64,000 nt of DNA from Balanoglossus misakiensis (taxonomy: Eukaryota > Animalia > Hemichordata): contig CM082583.2 of assembly GCA_040954595.2 (NCBI GenBank), forward strand, positions 714,542 through 778,541, written 5' to 3'. Made by a program: the position numbers and the translations under genes. Below are positions 37,270 to 49,497 of this stretch, piece after piece (within the stretch, counting starts at the first letter, position 1; each line of letters opens with the position of its first letter). Below the pieces are notes generated by a model, which was given only the letters and a program-made list of their open reading frames with translations, did not search any database and was not told the DNA's origin.

Positions 37270-40200
37270 TAGCATGCAATACTCTGTCTAAATGTTTTGT
37301 ATAATTTTGTGGTGCAATCAAATCAAATTCTTTACCTCTGTATCATTTTGATGTACTAAATGCAATGGGCCGGTTGCCTTTATGCAAATAAATATTATTT
37401 TTTATTGTTAGCAACGGTGATCAAGTCAGATTTTCTACGGCCTGGCTTGGATAAAGCCCCGGCACTCTAAAGCAGAAACAGGCGTACAGAGACCACGTTG
37501 ATCAAGTCAGATTTCCTACGGCGTGACTCGGCTGGTGCACCGGCTCTATATGACACAGACTGGCGTAAGTTATCAACGGTGATTACGTCGGATTTCCTAC
37601 GGCCTGGTTTAGCTGAAGCCCCGGCACTTTAGAGCGGAAACACGCGTACATTGACCACGAAGATCAAGTCAGATCTCCTACGGCTTGGCTCGACTAAAAC
37701 CCCGGCACACTATGACAGACACTAGCGTTCGTTAGCAACGTTGATCAAGTCAGATTTCCTGCGGCATGGCTTGGCTAAAGCCCTGGCACTCTAGAGCAGA
37801 AACACGCGTACAGAAACCAACATTGATCTACTCACATTTCCTTCGGCCTGGCACGGCTGATGCCCCGGCACCATATATAGGACACAGACTGGCGTAAGTT
37901 AACAACGGTAATCACGTCGGGTTTCCTACGGCCTGGATCAGCTGAAGCCCCGGCACTCTAGAACAGAAACAGGCGTACATTGACCACGTTGATCAAGTCA
38001 GATTTCCTACGGCCTGGCTCGACTAAAACCCCGACACACCATGACAGACACTAGCGTTCGTTAGCAACGGTGATCAAGTCGGATTTCCTTCGGCCTGGCT
38101 CTGCAAAAGACCCGACACTCTAGTACAAAGACGTTGGCTAAGTCGGTCAAACCGAAGAGGGAAAGTCACAGCGGGTCAACAATCAACATTTGTTCGGGTA
38201 GGACTGCATTATTGCCTGTCAATTTATAGAGAAAGCCCGAATTTAACCAGGGCGCTTCAAACACCGACGTTAGTTGGGGGCACGGCCTGCAGTACTGCCG
38301 GGTAAGCTGACATCGGCGTACCGCATATAATGTAGGGTGGGGGGGGGGGGGAACAGAACGGTTCAATACTACATTTATTAGATATCAGCTAATTTTGGAC
38401 AATCATCTAAAATCTAAATCATTTTTTCATATTTGGATATCTGATGATGTATGAAATTTCCATTATATGTAAAAATGGTGCTGATTATAAAAAATGCACT
38501 CTGAATGAGCTGATTTAATACAAAATTGCGTTTAATTCGTTTTTGCACCAAAAAGGTCATTTTTAGGCAAAACTTTTTTTATTTTTTTAATTCGGTGACC
38601 TGATCATATATAAACAATTGCTTGTATGTTTAAAGTTTTTATGACTTTTAAAAGCAGTGACACTGGCGGCATTCAACACGAAAATAACAATTTTAGCCAC
38701 AATTTGGTCAAAATGGTAAATTTTTGAAAATTACAAAAATACCTGTTTTCTACATTTTCGGAAATCTGATGGAGTATAGAATGCTCTTCGTATGTATATA
38801 TCGATACAAATTCCACAAATGACCGTCTAATTTGGCTCACTGCAGACAAAATTGCGTTTTACCAACTTTTCCTTGAAAATGTCATATTTAGAAAAAAAAA
38901 TAAAAAAACCTTTGTTCTTCGAATTTGGTGCCCTGATCATATATGACATGTTGATTGTATGTTAAAACTTTCGACCACTCCAAAAATGCAGAGATACTGA
39001 CGGAATTCAAGAAAAAATAGCCATTTTGGCCATATTTTGACAAACATGGAAAATTTTTAAAAAATCATAAAAAAATAACTCTTTTCTTCATTTTCGGAAA
39101 TATTATGGAGCATGAAGTGTCGTTCTCTTGTAAAAAGTGCTGCAAATTCCAGAAAAGGCGGTATAATTTGAATCACCCATGACAAAATTACCATTTTCGA
39201 CTTTTTTTCGAAAAATTGTGATTTTTACAAAATAAATAAGAATAAATTCTTTTCTTAGGTTCAAAAGGGTAGAGACACTTTCCACACAGGTTTTTTAACA
39301 TTGAATTCCCGTTCATCAACTCAGATTTCTACAGCATAAGTCGGCTAAAACCCTGACACTCTAGAGCAGAAACAGTTGCACACTGGTAACGTTGAACAAG
39401 TCGATTTTTCTACGGCCTGGCTCGGCTAAATCTCCGTCACAATATGACAGACACTAGCGTTCGTTAGCAACGTTGATCAAGTCAGATTTCCTACGGCATG
39501 GCTTGGCTAAAGCCCTGGCACTCTAGAGCAGAAACACGCGTACAGAGACCACGTTGATCTACTCACATTTCCTTCGGCCTGGCACGGCTGATGCCCCGGC
39601 ACTATATATAGGACACAGACTGGCGTAAGTTAACAACGGTAATCACGTCGGGTTTCCTACGGCCTGGCTCAGCTGAAGCCCCGGCACTCTAGAGCAGAAA
39701 CAGGCGTACATTGACCACGTTGATCAAGTCAGATTTCCTACGGCGTGACTCGGCTGGTGCACCGGCTCTATATGACACAGACTGGCGTAAGTTATCAACG
39801 GTGATGACGTCGGATTTCCTTCGGCCTGGTTTAGCTGAAGCCCCGGCACTTTAGAGCGGAAACACGCGTACATTGACCACGATGATCAAGTCAGATCTCC
39901 TACGGCCTGGCTCGACTAAAACCCCGGCACACTATGACAGACACTAGCGTTCTTTAGCAACGGTGATCAAGTCGGATTTCCTTCGGCCTGGCTCTGCAAA
40001 AGACCCGACACTCTAGTACAAAGACGTTGGCTAAGTCTGGCAAACCGAAGAGGGAAAGTCACAGCGGGTCAACACTCGACATTTGTTCGGGTAGGACTGC
40101 ATTATTGCCTGTCAATTTATAGAGAAAGCCCGAATTTAACCAGGGCGCTTCAAACACCGACGTTAGTTGGGGGCACGGCCTGCAGTACTGCCGGTTAAGC

Positions 40201-43200
40201 TGACATCGGCGTACCGCATATAATGTAGGGGGGGGGGGGAACAGAACGGTTGAATACTACATTTATTAGATATCAGCTAATTTTGGACAATCATCTAAAA
40301 TCTAAATCATTTTTTCATATTTGGATATCTGATGATGTATGAAATTTCCATTATATGTAAAAATAGTGCTGATTATAAAAAATGCACTCTGAATGAGCTG
40401 ATTTAATACAAAATTGCGTTTTATTCGTTTTTGCACCAAAAAGGTCATTTTTAGGCAAAACATTCTTTATTTTTTTAATTCGGTGACCTGATCATATATA
40501 AACAATTGCTTGTATGTTAAAAGTTTTTATGACTTTTAAAAGCAGTGACACTGGCGGCATTCAACACGAAAATAACAATTTTAGCCACAATTTGGTCAAA
40601 ATGGTAAATTTTTGAAAATTACAAAAAATACCTGTTTTCTACATTTTCGGAAATCTGATGGAGTATAGAATGCTCTTCGTATGTAAATATCGATACAAAT
40701 TCCACAAAAGACAGTCTAATTTGGCTCACTGCAGACAAAATTGCATGTTATCAAATTTTGCTTGAAAATGTGATTTTTAGAAAAAATAATAAAAAAACCT
40801 TTGTTCTTCGAATTTGGTGCCCTGATCATATATGACATGTTGATTGTATGTTAAAACTTTCGACCACTCCAAAAATGCAGAGATATTGACGGAATTCAAG
40901 AAAAAATAGCCATTTTGGCCATATTTTGTCAAAAATGGTAAATTTTTAAAAAATCATAAAAAATTAACTCTTTTCTTCATTTTCGGAAATATTATGGAGC
41001 ATGAAGTGTCGTTCTCTTGTAAAAAGTGCTGCAAATTCCAGAAAAGGCGGTATAATTTGAATCACCCAAGACAAAATTACCATTTTCGACTTTTTTTCGA
41101 AAAATTGTCTTTTTTACAAAATAAATAAGAATAAATTCTTTTCTTAGTTTCAAACGGGTAGAGACACTTTCCACACGGGTTTTCTAACATTGAATTCCCG
41201 TTCATCAACTCAGATTTCCTACAGCATAAGTCGGCTAAAACCCTGACACTCTAGAGCAGAAACAGTTGCACACTGGTAACGTTGAACAAGTCGATTTTTC
41301 TACGGCCTGGCTCGGCTAAATCTCCGTCACAATATGACAGACACTAGCGTACATTAGCAACGGTGATCAAGTCAGATTTTCTACGGCATGGCTTGGATAA
41401 AGCCCCGGCACTCTAGAGCAGAAACACGCGTACAGAGACCACGTTGATCAAGTCTGATCTCCTACGGCTTGGCTCGACTAAAACCCCGGCACACTATGGC
41501 AGACACTAGCGTTCGTTAGCAACGTTGATCAAGTCAGATTTCCTACGGCATGGCTTGGCTAAAGCCCTGGCACTCTAGAGCAGAAACACGCGTACAGAGA
41601 CCACGTTGATCTACTCACATTTCCTTCGGCCTGGCACGGCTGATGCCCCGGCACTATATATAGGACACAGACTGGCGTAAGTTAACAACGGTAATCACGT
41701 CGGGTTTCCTACGGCCTGGCTCAGCTGAAGCCCCGGCACTCTAGAGCAGAAACAGGCGTACATTGACCACGTTGATCAAGTCAGATTTCCTACGGCGTGA
41801 CTCGGCTGGTGCACCGGCTCTATATGACACAGACTGGCGTAAGTTATCAACGGTGATGACGTCGGATTTCCTTCGGCCTGGTTTAGCTGAAGCCCCGGCA
41901 CTTTAGAGCGGAAACACGCGTACATTGACCACGATGATCAAGTCAGATCTCCTACGGCCTGGCTCGACTAAAACCCCGGCACACTATGACAGACACTAGC
42001 GTTCTTTAGCAACGGTGATCAAGTCGGATTTCCTTCGGCCTGGCTCTGCAAAAGACCCGACACTCTAGTACAAAGACGTTGGCTAAGTCTGGCAAACCGA
42101 AGAGGGAAAGTCACAGCGGGTCAACACTCGACATTTGTTCGGGTAGGACTGCATTATTGCCTGTCAATTTATAGAGAAAGCCCGAATTTAACCAGGGCGC
42201 TTCAAACACCGACGTTAGTTGGGGGCACGGCCTGCAGTACTGCCGGTTAAGCTGCCATCGGCGTACCGCATATAATGTAGGGGGGGGGGGGAACAGAACG
42301 GTTGAATACAACATTTATTAGATATCAGCTAATTTTGGACAATCATCTAAAATCTAAATCATTTTTTCATATTTGGATATCTGATGATGTATGAAATTTC
42401 CATTATATGTAAAAATGGTGCTGATTATAAAAAATGCACTCTGAATGAGCTGATTTAATACAAAATTGCGTTTTATTCGTTTTTGCACCAAAAAGGTCAT
42501 TTTTAGGCAAAACATTCTTTATTTTTTTAATTCGGTGACCTGATCATATATAAACAATTGCTTGTATGTTAAAAGTTTTTATGACTTTTAAAAGCAGTGA
42601 CACTGGCGGCATTCAACACGAAAATAACAATTTTAGCCACAATTTGGTCAAAATGGTAAATTTTTGAAAATTACAAAAAATACCTGTTTTCTACATTTTC
42701 GGAAATCTGATGGAGTATAGAATGCTCTTCGTATGTTAATATCGATACAAATTCCACAAAAGACAGTCTAATTTGGCTCACTGCAGACAAAATTGCATGT
42801 TATCAAATTTTGCTTGAAAATGTGATTTTTAGAAAAAATAATAAAAAAACCTTTGTTCTTCGAATTTGGTGCCCTGATCATATATGACATGTTGATTGTA
42901 TGTTAAAACTTTCGACCACTCCAAAAATGCAGAGATATTGACGGAATTCAAGAAAAAATAGCCATTTTGGCCATATTTTGTCAAAAATGGTAAATTTTTA
43001 AAAAATCATAAAAAATTAACTCTTTTCTTCATTTTCGGAAATATTATGGAGCATGAAGTGTCGTTCTCTTGTAAAAAGTGCTGCAAATTCCAGAAAAGGC
43101 GGTATAATTTGAATCACCCAAGACAAAATTACCATTTTCGACTTTTTTTCGAAAAATTGTCTTTTTTACAAAATAAATAAGAATAAATTCTTTTCTTAGT

Positions 43201-46200
43201 TTCAAACGGGTAGAGACACTTTCCACACGGGTTTTCTAACATTGAATTCCCGTTCATCAACTCAGATTTCCTACAGCATAAGTCGGCTAAAACCCTGACA
43301 CTCTAGAGCAGAAACAGTTGCACACTGGTAACGTTGAACAAGTCGATTTTTCTACGGCCTGGCTCGGCTAAATCTCCGTCACAATATGACAGACACTAGC
43401 GTACATTAGCAACGGTGATCAAGTCAGATTTTCTACGGCATGGCTTGGATAAAGCCCCGGCACTCTAGAGCAGAAACACGCGTACAGAGACCACGTTGAT
43501 CAAGTCTGATCTCCTACGGCTTGGCTCGACTAAAACCCCGGCACACTATGGCAGACACTAGCGTTCGTTAGCAATGTTGATCAAGTCAAATTTCCTACGG
43601 CATGGCTTGGCTAAAGCCCTGGCACTCTAGAGCAGAAACACGCGTACAGAGACCACGTTGATCTACTCACATTTCCTTCGGCCTGGCACGGTTGATGCCC
43701 CGGCACTATATATAGGACACAGACTGGCGTATGTTAACAACGGTAATCACGACGGGTTTCCTACGGCCTGGCTCAGCTGAAGCCCCGGCACTCTAGAGCA
43801 GAAATAGGCGTACATTGACCACGTTGATCAAGTCAGATTTCCTACGGCGTGACTCGGCTGGTGCACCGGCTCTATATGACACAGACTGGCGTAAGTTATC
43901 AACGGTGATTACGTCGGATTTCCTACGGCCTGGTTTAGCTGAAGCCCCGGCACTTTAGAGCGGAAACACGCGTACATTGACCACGATGATCAAGTCAGAT
44001 CTCCTACGGCCTGGCTCGACTAAAACCCCGACACACCATGACAGACACTAGCGTTCGTTAGCAACGGTGATCAAGTCGGATTTCCTTCGGCCTGGCTCTG
44101 CAAAAGACCCGACACTCTAGTACAAAGACGTTGGCTAAGTCGGGCAAACCGAAGAGGGAAAGTCACAGCGGGTCAACACTCGACATTTGTTCGGGTAGGA
44201 CTGCATTATTGCCTGTCAATTTATAGAGAAAGCCCGAATTTAACCAGGGCGTTTCAAACACCGACGTTAGTTGGGGGCACGGCCTGCAGTACTGACATCG
44301 GCGTACCGCACATAATGTAGGGGGGGGGGGGGGGAGGACGGTTCAATACTACATTTATTAGATATCAGCTAATTTTTGACAATCATTTAAAATATAAAAT
44401 ATTTCGATATCTGATGATGTATGAAATTTCCATTATATGTGAAAATGGTGCTGATTATAAAAAATGCACTCTGATTTAATACAAAATTGCGTTTTATTCG
44501 TTTTTGCACCAAAAAGGTCATTTTTAGGCAAAACATTCATTATTTTTTTAATTCGGTGACCTGATCATATATAAACAATTGCTTGTATGTTAAAAGTTTT
44601 TATGACTTTTAAAAGCAGTGACACTGGCGGCATTCAACACGAAAATAACAATTTTAGCCACAATTTGGTCAAAATGGTAAATTTTTGAAAATTACAAAAA
44701 ATACCTGTTTTCTACATTTTCGGAAATCTGAAGGAGTATAGAATGCTCTTTGTATGTATATATCGATACAAATTCCACAAAAGACCGTCTAATTTGGCTC
44801 ACTGCAGACAAAATTGCGTTTTACCAACTTTTCCTTGAAAATGTCATATTTAGAAAAAAAAATAAAAAAACCTTTGTTCTTCGAATTTGGTGCCCTGATC
44901 ATATATGACATGTTGATTGTATGTTAAAACTTTCGACCACTCCAAAAATGCAGAGATACTGACGGAATTCAATAAAAAATAGCCATTTTGGCCATATTTT
45001 GTCAAAAATGGTAATTTTTTTAAAAAATCATAAAAAACTAACTCTTTTCTTCATTTTCGGAAATATTGTGGAGCATGAAGTGTCGTTCTCTTGTAAAAAA
45101 AATGCTGCAAATTCCAGAAAAGGCGGTATAATCACCCAAGACAAAATTACCATTTTCGACTTTTTTTCGAAAAATTTTCTTTTTTGCAAAATAAATAAGA
45201 ATAAATTCTTTTCTTAGTTTCAAACGGGTAGAGATACTTTCCACACGGGTTTTCTAACATTGAATTCCCGTTCATCAACTCAGATTTCCTACAGCATAAG
45301 TCGGCTAAAACCCTGACACTCTAGAGCAGAAACAGTTGCACTCTGGTAACGTTGAACAAGTCGATTTTTCTACGGCCTGGCTCGGCTAAATCTCCGTCAC
45401 AATATGACAGACACTAGCGTAGGTTAGCAACGGTGATCAAGTCAGATTTTCTACGGCATGGCTTGGATAAAGCCCCGGCACTCTAGAGCAGAAACAGGCG
45501 TACATTGACCACGTTGATCAAGTCAGATTTCCTACGGCGTGACTCGGCTGGTGCACCGGCTCTATATGACACAGACGTAAGTTATCAACGGTGACTACGT
45601 CGGATTTCCTACGGCCTGGTTTAGCTGAAGCCCCGGCACTTTAGAGCTGAAACACGCGTACATTGACCACGATGATCAAGTCAGATCTCCTACGGCCTGG
45701 CTCGACTAAAACCCCGGCACACCATGACAGACACTAGCCATCGTTAGCAACGGTGATCAAGTCGGATTTCCTTCGGCCTGGCTCTGCAAAAGACCCGACA
45801 CTCTAGTACAAAGACGTTGGCTAAGTCGGGCAAACCGAAGAGGGAAAGTCACAGCGGGTCAACACTCGACATTTGTTCGGGTAGGACTGCATTATTGCCT
45901 GTCAATTTATAGAGAAAGCCCGAATTTAACCAGGGCGTTTCAAACACCGACGTTAGTTGGGGGCACGGCCTGCAGTACTGACATCGGCGTACCGCACATA
46001 ATGTAGGGGGGGGGGGGGGAGGACGGTTCAATACTACATTTATTAGATATCAGCTAATTTTTGACAATCATTTAAAATCTAAAATATTTCGATATCTGAT
46101 GATGTATGAAATTTCCATTATATGTGAAAATGGTGCTGATTATAAAAAATGCACTCTGATTTAATACAAAATTGCGTTTTATTCGTTTTTGCACCAAAAA

Positions 46201-46656
46201 GGTCATTTTTAGGCAAAACATTCATTATTTTTTTAATTCGGTGACCTGATCATATATAAACAATTGCTTGTATGTTAAAAGTTTTTATGACTTTTAAAAG
46301 CAGTGACACTGGCGGCATTCAACACGAAAATAACAATTTTAGCCACAATTTGGTCAAAATGGTAAATTTTTGAAAATTACAAAAAATACCTGTTTTCTAC
46401 ATTTTCGGAAATCTGAAGGAGTATAGAATGCTCTTTGTATGTATATATCGATACAAATTCCACAAAAGACCGTCTAATTTGGCTCACTGCAGACAAAATT
46501 GCGTTTTACCAACTTTTTCTTGAAAATGTCATTTTTAGAAAAAAATAAAAAACCTTTGTTCTTCGAATTTGGTGCCCTGATCATATATGACATGTTGATT
46601 GTATGTTAAAACTTTCGACCTCTCTAAAAATGCAGAGATATTGACGGAATTCAAGA

Positions 46657-48562
46657 AACAAGTGACCTATTGGTCAAAAGAGCTCTGCTGACTTTAACAG
46701 TGTAACCTGGGCAATGATATGAATACAGAATACCATAGGTTTTAATTTATAACAATTGTATTCTATTAAACAAAACCAAACATAGACATCAATATAGCTG
46801 CCAAGCAGCAATAGCGGGCACAAGCCAACATTGCACATAGCACATAGCGGTAATCATTACAGGTGTGTGCTTATTCTTACCAAATATAAAGTCAGCAGAC
46901 TTTTAATTTATGTAGTATTTCGCATTTCCGTCATATTTACATCAAAGGTCATGTGAGGTCACCAGAAATTTGGGTAATAATTTTGACCCTATACTGGTCC
47001 ATGTCCCACAAGAACGAAACCTCAACCCCTATTAGTTAGCCTGGAATTAGGTATGCACATTCTTAATGAGTTAAGTAGGTGTCACAGGTGACCTTTAAAT
47101 TTGGTTTCTTATTTTGGTCCCATCCGTACTGTACCTACTCTGGGTGCCGAGTTATGCAGAAGAATGTCAAAGGTCACCAAAATTTGGGCAAGAAATTTTG
47201 ACCCTATACTTATCCAGGTCCAACAAAAACCAGACCTCTAGCCTTATTGGTTCGCCTAGAATTAGGTATGTACATAATTAATGAGGTAAAGTGTAAGACT
47301 CCATTAGGAGTTCCATCCCTCCAAATACCAAGGCTGTACCTGCTCTGGATACCGAGATATGGTAAAGTAGGTCAAAGGCTACCTAAGGTCACCCAAAATT
47401 TGGGCAAGAAATTTTGACCCTTTACTAATCCAGGTCCAACAAAAACCAGACCTCTAGCCTTATTGGTTCGCCTAGAATTAGGTATGCACATAATCAATGA
47501 GGTAAAGTGTAAGACTCCATTAGGAGTTCCATCCTTCCAAATACCAAGGCTGTACCTGCTCTGGATACAGAGATATGGTAAAGTAGGTCAAAGGCCACCT
47601 AAGGTCACCAAAAATTTGGGCAAGAAATTTTGACCCCATAATTGTCCATGTTCAACAAAAACAAAACCTATAGCCCTATTGGTTAGCCTAGAATTAGGTA
47701 TGTGCATAATTAATGAGATATGCATGTGTCACAGGTGACCCCCATTTCGGCTTTTAAATTTTAGCCCCAACCCTCAAAACGCCAAGTCTGTACCTGCTCT
47801 GTATGCCGAGATATAGGAAAGTAGGTCAAAGGTCATCTGAGGTCACCCAAAATTTGGGCAAATTTTTTTGACCCCATAAAATTCTATTTTTAGATCTAAT
47901 TTGCATATTGATGACCCCATCAAATCCAAATTAACAAAATCAGGTAGGGACACCATAACATACATTCCTACCAAATTTCAGCTCCATCGTACATGTAGTT
48001 AGGAAGAAGATTTTTTACCAAAAAATCTATTTTTAGATCTTATTTGCATATTTATGACCCCATCAAATCCAAATTAACAAAATCAGGTAGGGACACCATA
48101 ACACACATTCCTACCAAATTTCAGCTCTATCGTACATGTAGTTATGGAGAAAAATATTTTTTACAAAAAATTCTATTTTTAGATCTAATTTGCATATTAA
48201 TGACCCCATCAAATCCAAATTTACAAAATCAGGTAGGGGCCCCATAACACACATTCCTACCAAATTTCAGCTCCATTGTACATGTAGTTGTGGAGAAGAA
48301 GATTTTTACCAAAAATTCTATTTTTAGATCTAATTTGCATATTCATGACCCCACCAAGTCCAAATTAACAAAATCAGTGAAGGGCACCATAACACACATT
48401 CCAACCAAATTTCAGCTAAATATGCCAAGTTGTTTTAAAGAAGAAGATTGAAATACCAAAAGTTGACGGACGACGGACGACGGATGACAGACGACGGACG
48501 ACGGACGGACACTAATCAACCTACTGCTACAGCTCAGCTGACACAAGTGACAGCCGAGCTAA
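46657..48562 (-). mobile_element. Helentron-associated non-autonomous element (HINE) with internal ~145-bp and ~216-bp tandem repeats
   Basis: Inserted in the A-run of satellite tcaagaaaaaatagcc; hairpin agctcagctg...cagccgagct (48531-48560); (GACG)n-type microsatellite; subTIR agctctgctga (~46681); terminal stem-loop tgacc-tatt-ggtca. Confidence 0.87.
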
Positions 48563-49497
48563 AAATAGCCATTTTGGCCATATTTTGACAAAAATGGTAA
48601 ATTTTTAAAAAATCATAAAAAATTAACTCTTTTCTTCATTTTCGGAAATATTATGGAGCATGAAGTGTCGTTCTCTTGTAGAAAGTGCTGCAAATTCCAG
48701 AAAAGGCGGTATAATTTGAATCACCCAAGACAAAATTACCATTTTCGACTTTTTTTCGAAAAATTGTCTTTTTTACAAAATAAATAAGAATAAATTCTTT
48801 TCTTAGTTTCAAACGGGTAGAGATACTTTCCACACGGGTTTTCTAACATTGAATTCCCGTTCATCAACTCACATTTCCTACAGCATAAGTCGGCTAAAAC
48901 CCAGTTACTCTAGAGCAGAAACAGTTGCACACTGGTAACGTTGAACAAGTCGATTTTTCTACGGCCTGGCTCGGCTAAATCTCCGTCACAATATGACAGA
49001 CACTAGCGTACGTTAGCAACGGTGATCAAGTCAGATTTCCTACGGCCTGGTTTAGCTGAAGCCCCGGCACTTTAGAGTGGAAACACGCGTACATTGACCA
49101 CGATGATCAAGTCAGATTTCCTACGGCCTGGCTCGACTAAAACCCAGGCACACCATGACAGACACTAGCGTTCGTTAGCAACGTTGATCAAGTCAGATTT
49201 CCTACGGCATGGCTTGGCTAAAGCCCTGGCACTCTAGAGCAGAAACACGCGTACAGAGACCACGTTGATCTATTCACATTTCCTTCGGCCTGGCACGGCT
49301 GATGCCCCGGCACTATATATAGGACACAGACTGGCGTAAGTTAACAATGGTAATCACGTCGGGTTTCCTACGGCCTGGCTCAGCTGAAGCCCCGGCACTC
49401 TAGAGCAGAAACAGGCGTACATTGACCACGTTGATCAAGTCAGATTTCCTACGGCGTGATTTAAATTACGAATTCCAGATATGCTATTACTAATTAA

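Larger units (their letters stand above)
32355..37406 (+). mobile_element. Full-length non-LTR retrotransposon, RTEX-like clade, inserted in an 81-bp satellite subunit
   Basis: TSD gttagcaacggtg at 32342-32354 and 37407-37419; two long ORFs; aataaa and a short T-rich/ATT tail. Clade inferred from GVRQGC and the RxSxHxLxIETGR...CxxC...EDEYHF..C C-terminus. Confidence 0.93.
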
